From the NCBI GenBank assembly GCA_902800645.1, contig CADCFC010000002.1, positions 8,436 through 72,435 on the forward strand: a stretch of 64,000 nt of DNA. The letters run 5' to 3'. The notes under the pieces were generated by a model. It did not search any database, had not been told where the DNA came from, and was given only the letters and a program-made list of their open reading frames with translations. Position numbers and translations under genes: made by a program. Position 1 is the stretch's first letter. The number at the start of each line of letters is the position of its first letter. This document shows, one piece after another, positions 56,866 to 64,000 of this stretch. Source of the DNA: an uncultured Erysipelotrichaceae bacterium (GTDB lineage Bacteria > Bacillota_I > Bacilli_A > RFN20 > CAG-826).

Positions 56866-58368
56866 TTAGAAACTCTTTTTATATTTTTCGAGTTCTTCGC
56901 TATTAGCGAGTACCCAGTGACCTGGAACAATTTCGGTAAGTTTTGGAGCTTCTTTAGAATAGTCATGTTCTTTAGAAGGAACATATAAGAATCTCTTTCT
57001 AGTCTTTTCAGAAATTGGGTCAGGTTTAGGAATCGCTGATAAAAGAGCATGAGTGTATGGGTGAAGAGGATGAGCGAATAATTCATCACTACTCGCAAGT
57101 TCAACAATTTCACCATAATACATAACTGCGATACGATCACAGAAATATTTAACAACTGATAAATCGTGAGCGATAAAAAGAATAGTTAATCCCATCTCTT
57201 CTTTTAAATCGTTAAGAAGATTAATAATTTGTGCTCTAATAGAAACGTCAAGCGCACTAATAGGTTCATCACAAATTAAGAATTGAGGATTCATGACAAG
57301 TGCTCGAGCAATACCAATACGTTGTCTTTGTCCACCTGAGAATTCGTGAGGATATCTTGAAGCGTATTCTGGTAATAAACCAACCTTAACAAGAACTTCT
57401 TTAACTTTTTGAGAATTTCTATAAGAGTTATATTGACCTTGAATATGTAAACCTTCACAAATGATATCTTGAACAGTCATACGAGGATCAAGAGAATCAA
57501 CAGGGTCTTGGAAAATCATTTGCATTCTGCTCATGAGTTTCTTATCTACATGTCGATTGTCATATTTAATTTGAGCAATAGTCTCGATTTGTTCTTTGAC
57601 AACTTCATCGATATGTTTACGAATTGCTTCTCTTTGAGCTTCATAATTGACTTTAATCTCATCAATCTTCTTTTGAGTTTCTTCATCAGGAGTCTTTTTC
57701 TTGCTTTCCTTATATTCTCTTTGAAGATCTTTTAATTGTTTATTAAGTTCTTCTAGTTTAACCTTCTTAATTTCAGCCTCAGTAGAGTATTCACGATTGA
57801 TTTCTTCCGCCTTATCGTCTTTAACATCTTCGTTTTCAACGTCGGAATATTGTTTCATACGATCCTTATATTCCACTTTAAGAGCGACGAGTTCATTTTC
57901 GATTTTACTAACTTCAGCGTTAATCTCTTCGATTTGAGAAATTAATCCGGTTGAATCTAATAATTTAAGAATTTCTTCATCTTCTTTTTTTCTTAATTCT
58001 CTAATTTGTTTTCTGCCGCGGATTTTCGTCCATTTAATCTCTTTTTCATTCCATCTACTTCCGGCGCTAGTTCTTCTTCCTTCAAAGTAAACACTTCCAG
58101 AAGTGATGTTATAAAGTCTAATTAAACTACGACCGGTTGTGGTTTTACCACATCCACTTTCACCAACTAAACCGAAACATTCGCCTTTTTTGATATCAAA
58201 AGAGACATCGTGAACCGCTTTAGTTTTAAAAGCACTACGGCCATGACCAAACTTAAAGAATTGTTTTAAGTGACGAACGGATAATTCAATTCCGTTATCC
58301 ACTAATTCTTGACGGAAAGTAGGAGTTCTAGGTTTAAATCTAGCTTTGATACGATAAATAAGTTCCAT
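56866..58368 (-). CDS. oppF: Oligopeptide ABC transporter ATP-binding protein OppF, with ~175-aa charged insertion
   Basis: 500 aa. GESGCGKTTTGR, FSGGQRQRIGIARAL, LICDEPISALD, and the Opp-type C-terminal extension (HPYTHALLSAIP). Confidence 0.85.
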   Translation of the reverse strand: MELIYRIKARFKPRTPTFRQELVDNGIELSVRHLKQFFKFGHGRSAFKTKAVHDVSFDIKKGECFGLVGESGCGKTTTGRSLIRLYNITSGSVYFEGRRTSAGSRWNEKEIKWTKIRGRKQIRELRKKEDEEILKLLDSTGLISQIEEINAEVSKIENELVALKVEYKDRMKQYSDVENEDVKDDKAEEINREYSTEAEIKKVKLEELNKQLKDLQREYKESKKKTPDEETQKKIDEIKVNYEAQREAIRKHIDEVVKEQIETIAQIKYDNRHVDKKLMSRMQMIFQDPVDSLDPRMTVQDIICEGLHIQGQYNSYRNSQKVKEVLVKVGLLPEYASRYPHEFSGGQRQRIGIARALVMNPQFLICDEPISALDVSIRAQIINLLNDLKEEMGLTILFIAHDLSVVKYFCDRIAVMYYGEIVELASSDELFAHPLHPYTHALLSAIPKPDPISEKTRKRFLYVPSKEHDYSKEAPKLTEIVPGHWVLANSEELEKYKKSF

Positions 58369-58369
58369 A

Positions 58370-60151
58370 TTATTTAACTCCTTTCCTTGCCGCTTTTAAT
58401 GAGTTCTCAATACGAGTTTTAACAATCTTAGGCATTTCCACTTTTGGAGCGCGTGGATCAAGTAACCAAGTAGCCGCGTAATGAGTGTCACTAATCTTAA
58501 ATAAAGGTGGCTCTTTCTTAAAGTCAATCGCCATCGCATATTTACTTCTTAAAGCAAAGGCATCACCAGCAGGAGGATAAATCATGTTTGGCGGAGTACC
58601 AGGAATCGCTTCAAGTTTTTCTTTACTATTAATGTCTGGAATAGAAGATAATAAGGCCCAAGTATATGGGTGACGTGGATCATAGAAGATGTCATCTTCT
58701 GTACCATATTCAACAATCTTTCCAGCATACATTACTGCGACACGGTCCGCCATATTAGCGACAACACCTAAGTCGTGAGTAATAAAGATACAAGAGATAT
58801 TTCTTTCTTTCTTTAATTTATTAATGAGTTCAAGAATTTGAGCTTGAATAGTAACGTCAAGCGCAGTAGTTGGTTCATCACAAATTAAGATATCTGGGTC
58901 GGCAGTTAAAGCAATCGCGATAACGATTCTTTGTCTCATACCACCAGAGAATTCAAATGGATATTGTCTAAATCTTTTTTCAGGAGAAGAAATACCGACT
59001 TCCGCCATAATCTTTAAGGCTCTAGATTTTGCTTCAGCCTTTGTAATTCTAATAGAAGAAATATAACGTGATGATTCTTCTTTAAGTTGTTTTGCCTTTT
59101 CTTCAGGTGTTAAAGAAGAATCTTCTTCAATCGCCTTAACTTTCTCTAAATGTTCTTTATATAAAGACTCTTTATATTCCTTAGTTTTGACTCTAGCTTC
59201 TTTACATTTAAGCTTATAAGCTTCTTTTCTTTCTTTAATAATTGGAACGAATTCTTCTTTTAAAGTTTTAGTGTTATCACTAGTGTTTTCAACTTCCACT
59301 AATAAGCCTCTATATTTATCACGGTTATCAGCGAGCTTAGTGTTAACTTCACCTTTAATAGCGATAGTCTCATTATTAATTTTGGTTTTAATAGCGAGAT
59401 TATCTTCTTTAAGCGCTAACAACTTTTGATTAAGTTCTTCTTTATAAGATGCAATAGAGGCATTAAGTTCTTCACTTCTACTAGGATTAGAAGAACCAAT
59501 CTCTTTAAGTTCTTTAAATAAAGGAGCAGTAGAAGCTTTATATTTTTCTTTAGCTTCAAGAACTTTACCGTTATATTCGAGTTTTAAAGTATAAAGTTGA
59601 CCACTCTTAAATAAAGATGGTTCATTTTTAATCTTTTGAGCGTCTTTCTTTTCTTCACTCTTTAAGAACTTAATTCTTTCTTTACGATAAGCTTTTCTAG
59701 TTTGATATTCAGTCTCGGCGTTTTTATAAGCGACGAGTTCATCAGCGACAAGCTCTTCGTAATATTTCTTTAAGCGGTTGCTATTAATAAGCATCGCTTC
59801 AGTGATTTGTTTACCAATTCTTACAATTGGGTTTAAAGAGGATAAAGGATCTTGGAAGATCATTCCAATCTTGTGTCCTCTAATACGGTGGAATTCATCT
59901 TCACTAACTTTAGTGAGATCTTCACCTTGATACATGATACTTCCACCCATGATACGACCGTTCGCGCTTAAAATACCCATAATGGTTTTACTGGTAACGG
60001 ATTTACCACTACCAGATTCACCAACGATACATAAGGTTTCTCCTTTATATAAATCAAAGGAAACACCTCTAACCGCTTGAACATAACCATGGTCAGTAGA
60101 GAAGTTGACCTTAAGGTCTTTAACAGATAAAACAATTTCTTTATTTTCCAT
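58370..60151 (-). CDS. oppD: Oligopeptide ABC transporter ATP-binding protein OppD, with ~245-aa charged insertion
   Basis: 593 aa. GESGSGKSVT, FSGGMRQRIVIAIAL, LICDEPTTALD, HPYTWALLSSIP. Confidence 0.85.
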   Translation of the reverse strand: MENKEIVLSVKDLKVNFSTDHGYVQAVRGVSFDLYKGETLCIVGESGSGKSVTSKTIMGILSANGRIMGGSIMYQGEDLTKVSEDEFHRIRGHKIGMIFQDPLSSLNPIVRIGKQITEAMLINSNRLKKYYEELVADELVAYKNAETEYQTRKAYRKERIKFLKSEEKKDAQKIKNEPSLFKSGQLYTLKLEYNGKVLEAKEKYKASTAPLFKELKEIGSSNPSRSEELNASIASYKEELNQKLLALKEDNLAIKTKINNETIAIKGEVNTKLADNRDKYRGLLVEVENTSDNTKTLKEEFVPIIKERKEAYKLKCKEARVKTKEYKESLYKEHLEKVKAIEEDSSLTPEEKAKQLKEESSRYISSIRITKAEAKSRALKIMAEVGISSPEKRFRQYPFEFSGGMRQRIVIAIALTADPDILICDEPTTALDVTIQAQILELINKLKKERNISCIFITHDLGVVANMADRVAVMYAGKIVEYGTEDDIFYDPRHPYTWALLSSIPDINSKEKLEAIPGTPPNMIYPPAGDAFALRSKYAMAIDFKKEPPLFKISDTHYAATWLLDPRAPKVEMPKIVKTRIENSLKAARKGVK

Positions 60152-62394
60152 TATTCGCCTTCTCCTTTCAAACTTGGGTTAATCGCATCACGCAAGCCAT
60201 TACCGAATAAGTTAAAGGAAATCATAATTAAAGCGATAACAGCGGATGGGAAGAGTAATAAATATGGGTGAGATAATAATTCGATTTGGTTATCAGAGAG
60301 GATAACGCCTAACGAAGAAGCGTTTTTAAATCCTAATCCTAAATAGGAAATAGTCGCTTCAGAGAAGATAACACTAGGAATCATTAAAACTGCACCAGTA
60401 ATGATTGTTCCTAAAGCGTTAGGAAGGATGTGTTTAGCAATAAGTCGAGCGTCACTCGCACCTAGTGTACGAGAGGCAAGAACATATTCTCGACCTCTAA
60501 ATCTATAGAACTGAGTTCTAGTAGTACTTGCAGTACCAATCCAACCAGTCAAACATAAGGCAATACCAAAGGTAAGGTAATTTTGACCAGCTTTAAGAAT
60601 AATTAATGTCATTAATACGATAAATGGAATGCCACTTAAAACATCAGTGATACGTTCCATAACTAAGTCAACTGTGCCACCAAAATATCCAGAAATAGCA
60701 CCATAAATTAATCCGAAGGTAAAGCAAATCGCAAATGTTGCTAAACCGATTAATAAAGATGTCTTAAGACCATCAAAGACATATTTGAACATGTCTCTTC
60801 CAGTTTTATCAGTACCAAATAAGAATTTAGGCATCTTATCTAGTCCAAGATAACGATAATATCTAACTGTACAATTGGCGACGAACATATCACTACTCGT
60901 TTCAAAATAGACATCCGAAGCAGTGATGTCTTCCATAATAGGAGAATTCTCTTTATCTAAGATTTCAAAATAGAATGTAGAAGGATCTGCTCTAGTAGGA
61001 TCTGAATCAAGAGGTTCAATGAAATAATCGATATACCCTTTATCCGCGTAGATTTCAAATTCAAATTCATAAATAGAAATGTCTTCTCTTCTACCAAATT
61101 GGCCTCTATATGAGTCATAAGTAAAGGAAGCATAAGTACAAACCGCTAAGTGAGCTGTCTTACACATCTTGGTGCTTGATTCAACAGCCCAATAACCAGA
61201 GTTTTTGAATTCTTTACCAGCAACTTTAAATTTAGATTCTCTAATTAAGAAATCATTGCTTCTTGCAAAGGAAACGCCAGAATAACCAACGTCAATTGTT
61301 TGTCCACCGATATCTTCAGGGATAATTCCACCTTTAATATAAACTTTAAGAGCGTTACTAGCGGTGTCGCCACAATCAAGTTCAATCGCTCTAATAAGAG
61401 AACAAACTGATTTATCTGCTGGAGTGCCTTCTGGTCCATCAACTCTAATTTGGAAATAGAATTTTGAGAAGATGTTTTGATGAGCGAGTTCATGAGTTGG
61501 ATCATCGATATAATCCATAATAACTTGTCCAATATCAATTGGATCTTTTCCACTTACATCTAAAGCACTACCAGTGTTATGGATTGCTTTCTTTTCAGTA
61601 AGAGGAATAGTTACTTCTAAACCAGTATCATCACTAACATAAACGAACTCTAAAGACGCTAAGCCTATAGTAAAGTTTTGAGGCATGACATCACTTGGTA
61701 AAGCAGGTAAATATGGATCATCTGCTTTAGCGATATCGTAATATGCTTTAATTTTGTCAGCGTCAACAGTTTCAAAAGTTTTAAGAGTAAGCGAAGTAGT
61801 TGCTAAATTTAAAACTGCACGATGTTCAAGAACATAGCTGCTCATAGAGGACATTGTGGCAGTTGTTAAACCGCTTCCACCGTAATAGCCAATTTTCGCA
61901 TATCCACCACGCGCATATTCATTAATATCACTTGTAAATCTTGTGCCATCGATATGGTAATTAGAAATACCATCAATCTTATAAGTACTAAGATTTGGCC
62001 ACCAATCTTTTTGGTCATGGCTTGAAGTGTCTACTGGAACATTGGTTTTCTTAACAGTACCATCCCAGAAACCATTCGTATTATCAAATAGTTTTGGTTC
62101 CAAATAGAAATAAGCACTATCAGGAGCGGTATTAGAAACATCGTTCTTATCAAAAATAGGAACGAAAATAGATAATAAAATTAAGATGCCTAAAATATAA
62201 GCAGCGACAACGGAACTCTTATTCTTAGAGAAACGTTTAAGCGAGTCTTTTAGGAATGTGGTTGGTTTAGTTTGGAATTTCTGTTCGTGAATTTCTTTAT
62301 CCGCTTGTTGGAGGGTAAAGTCTTCTTGAGAAATTTCCGGATCTCTTGCTTCTATAGGAAGATTTTCAAAATCGAAATCATTATTCTTTTTCAT
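60151..62394 (-). CDS. oppC: Oligopeptide ABC transporter permease OppC, with ~450-aa extracytoplasmic insertion
   Basis: 747 aa. TM1 at aa 62-81. The C-terminal 206 aa are a standard OppC/DppC core with the EAA-type loop EYVLASRTLGASDARLIAKHILPNA. Confidence 0.8.
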   Translation of the reverse strand: MKKNNDFDFENLPIEARDPEISQEDFTLQQADKEIHEQKFQTKPTTFLKDSLKRFSKNKSSVVAAYILGILILLSIFVPIFDKNDVSNTAPDSAYFYLEPKLFDNTNGFWDGTVKKTNVPVDTSSHDQKDWWPNLSTYKIDGISNYHIDGTRFTSDINEYARGGYAKIGYYGGSGLTTATMSSMSSYVLEHRAVLNLATTSLTLKTFETVDADKIKAYYDIAKADDPYLPALPSDVMPQNFTIGLASLEFVYVSDDTGLEVTIPLTEKKAIHNTGSALDVSGKDPIDIGQVIMDYIDDPTHELAHQNIFSKFYFQIRVDGPEGTPADKSVCSLIRAIELDCGDTASNALKVYIKGGIIPEDIGGQTIDVGYSGVSFARSNDFLIRESKFKVAGKEFKNSGYWAVESSTKMCKTAHLAVCTYASFTYDSYRGQFGRREDISIYEFEFEIYADKGYIDYFIEPLDSDPTRADPSTFYFEILDKENSPIMEDITASDVYFETSSDMFVANCTVRYYRYLGLDKMPKFLFGTDKTGRDMFKYVFDGLKTSLLIGLATFAICFTFGLIYGAISGYFGGTVDLVMERITDVLSGIPFIVLMTLIILKAGQNYLTFGIALCLTGWIGTASTTRTQFYRFRGREYVLASRTLGASDARLIAKHILPNALGTIITGAVLMIPSVIFSEATISYLGLGFKNASSLGVILSDNQIELLSHPYLLLFPSAVIALIMISFNLFGNGLRDAINPSLKGEGE

Positions 62395-62396
62395 AA

Positions 62397-63437
62397 TTAT
62401 TTCTTCTCTCCCATTCTGATACGAGGATCAATAAAACCATAAGATAAGTCTAAGATGATACCGGCAAGCAAACCAACCGTAGTAAAGATTGCCATATCCA
62501 CCATTAAGACGTTGTAATCTTTTTCGTTAATCGAACGGATGTAAAGATCTCCAATTCCTGGAATACTATATAGTTTTTCTAGGATCATGGATCCACCAAA
62601 GATACCAATAAATTCCGCTAAGATAGAAGGAAGAATTGGAACAAAGGCGTTCTTTAAAGCGTGACGAGTAATCGCTTGATTCTTTGTTAAGCCTTTAGTT
62701 CTAGCGAGCAAGAGATATTCACTAGACATAACTTCACAAAGTTCAGCACGAACGAAACGTGTATAGCCACAAATAGAGCCAAAGGAAAGAGAAAGGACAG
62801 GAATGATAAACGCGCTCACTTTAACAGCCATCGGTTCAGATGGAGTTGGCCAAAGTGAAGGGAGTAAATGAGTTTGATAGGCGAGAATATAAATTAAAAA
62901 GCTGATAACAACGAAACTTGGAATAGAAATAAAGACCATAACTAAAGTACTAATTAAGTGGTCAATCCAAGTGTTTTTCTTTAAACCAGCTAAGATACCT
63001 AACCCAATACCAATTGGTACTGAGAAAAATACGCTAACGATATTTAAATACATTGATGTTGGTAATCTTTCAGCAATGATATAAATCGCAGAGGTATTTG
63101 GTTGAATAGAGGTACTGGTGCCCCAGTCCCATTTTGTAACAATGTTTCTCAGCCAGTTTCCATATTGAATAACTAAAGGTTTTTCATAGAAGAAATATTC
63201 TTCGCCATCAATTGTTAAATGAGCAAGTAATTTACCCAGATCAGGTCTTTCATAAGCGTAATACTCGACATAACCTAAGTTATATTGCTTCATAAAGAAT
63301 CCGTAACGAACATTCTCTTTGGCACCGAATGTCGTATCTGCAATTCCTAAGGACTTAACTAAGAAAAATGTTAACGTAATAATTATGAAGGCAGTAATGA
63401 GAGCCAAGATAATTCTTTTGATTGAATATTTTAACAT
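62397..63437 (-). CDS. oppB: Oligopeptide ABC transporter permease OppB
   Basis: 346 aa. MLKYSIKRIILALIT N-terminus and EAA loop EYLLLARTKGLTKNQAITRHALKNA. Confidence 0.85.
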   Translation of the reverse strand: MLKYSIKRIILALITAFIIITLTFFLVKSLGIADTTFGAKENVRYGFFMKQYNLGYVEYYAYERPDLGKLLAHLTIDGEEYFFYEKPLVIQYGNWLRNIVTKWDWGTSTSIQPNTSAIYIIAERLPTSMYLNIVSVFFSVPIGIGLGILAGLKKNTWIDHLISTLVMVFISIPSFVVISFLIYILAYQTHLLPSLWPTPSEPMAVKVSAFIIPVLSLSFGSICGYTRFVRAELCEVMSSEYLLLARTKGLTKNQAITRHALKNAFVPILPSILAEFIGIFGGSMILEKLYSIPGIGDLYIRSINEKDYNVLMVDMAIFTTVGLLAGIILDLSYGFIDPRIRMGEKK

Positions 63438-63482
63438 TCTTCTTTCCTTTCTATTTGTTTTATAAACAAATTAAGTTTTGAT

Positions 63483-63511
63483 ATTCTACTCCAATATAAA
63501 TATCAAATCAA
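63483..63511 (-). promoter_or_regulatory. Candidate sigma-A promoter for oppBCDF
   Basis: Minus strand: TTGATT (63511-63506), 17-nt spacer, TAGAAT (63488-63483). SD AAAGGAAAG precedes ATG 63437. Confidence 0.45.
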
Positions 63512-63622
63512 GACTTGCATTATATATGCAAAAAATAGAACGGAAGTATTTTAATTAAAACCATAATGAATATTTTTAAATTACAATATAAGAAGCCCAC
63601 TATTTTTGATTTTAGGAGCAAG

Positions 63623-63650
63623 AAAAAAACTAGAGAGATAGCCCTCTAGC
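63623..63650 (-). terminator. Rho-independent terminator after the partial gene 63666..64000
   Basis: Minus strand: CTAGAGGG-CTAT-CTCTCTAG followed by TTTTTTT. There is also a T-run on the plus side. Confidence 0.65.
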
Positions 63651-63665
63651 TTTTTTTGAATTTTT

Positions 63666-64000
63666 TTATAAATCGAAGATATCTTCAACTGGAATATAGT
63701 CAGCGTTAACTGGACGAGGAACTACTACTTCATCATTAATTTGATAAGCAGTATATTCATCACGAAGTTTAGTATAATCAACGCCATCGAGTTTATAAGT
63801 AATTGGGTTAATGGTATGATCAACTCTTAAATATCCGTTAACAAATGTCAAATCCATGGTGAATGACCCACGATAAGATGTTCCGCTAGGAATTCCATCT
63901 AAATCTTCATCTTCAGGAGCTTCTGTTCCATTATCACCTTCAGTTAATGTGAATCTACACATTGTTAATCCAGTTTCGCTATCAGTATAAACTCCATAAT
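63666..64000 (-). CDS. 3' end of a larger gene running off the window (position expected for an opp-associated substrate-binding lipoprotein; not recognisable from this fragment)
   Basis: The frame stays open upstream of the track Met at 63962 (..YGVYTDSETGLTMCRF..) up to position 64000. The fragment is acidic and non-hydrophobic. Confidence 0.5.
   Translation of the reverse strand, partial: YGVYTDSETGLTMCRFTLTEGDNGTEAPEDEDLDGIPSGTSYRGSFTMDLTFVNGYLRVDHTINPITYKLDGVDYTKLRDEYTAYQINDEVVVPRPVNADYIPVEDIFDL

Noticed and set aside
56811-57155. 114-aa minus-strand ORF overlapping the 3' end of oppF and the oppF terminator
   Set aside because: It is out of frame with oppF, spans the terminator hairpin, and has no SD or family resemblance.
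1-64000. CRISPR arrays, IS elements, prophage genes, toxin-antitoxin pairs, restriction-modification or other known defence systems; also the alternative genetic code (TGA = Trp)
   Set aside because: I found no short regularly spaced repeats and no transposase, integrase or phage-like proteins. TGA terminates ORFs at positions consistent with full-length domains (3175, 33684), and all long ORFs are intact under the standard code.

Overview
Low-GC, very gene-dense window with about 52 protein genes, one tRNA and one RNase P RNA; nearly all genes are on the minus strand. All calls come from reading the supplied translations and the DNA by eye, with no database search. The code is standard: TGA acts as a stop at 3175 and 33684, and Trp is TGG. 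Gene order is a compressed version of Bacillus-type housekeeping synteny: pth-mfd-rqcP-tilS-ftsH-dusB-lysS, cmk-der-hup, dnaD-nth/recU, gpsB-rnpB-pgsA-cinA-recA-rny-ymdB-miaB-ymcA-miaA. This, together with lipoproteins and tail-anchored surface proteins but no LPXTG or wall-binding modules, suggests a reduced Firmicute or Mollicute-like organism such as an Acholeplasma or Erysipelotrichia type (inference only). The most accessory-looking region is 45.2-64 kb. It holds four co-directional surface hydrolase genes (M6-like metalloprotease lipoprotein, C11 clostripain-like lipoprotein, giant S8 subtilase, endonuclease I family nuclease) directly downstream of an oppBCDF peptide importer that carries large insertions. 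Other items worth a second look: a choline-kinase-like/NifU-domain fusion, an orphan Cys-rich protein beside tRNA-Gln, two tandem fused ABC-ATPase/FtsX-type proteins, a DEDDh exonuclease coupled to recU, a truncated CCA-enzyme homologue, and adjacent NrnA and CysQ-type phosphatases. An RNase P RNA also explains a stretch the ORF track reads as coding. I saw no CRISPR array, transposase, integrase, prophage or recognisable defence system. No single clearly novel system can be demonstrated from sequence alone.
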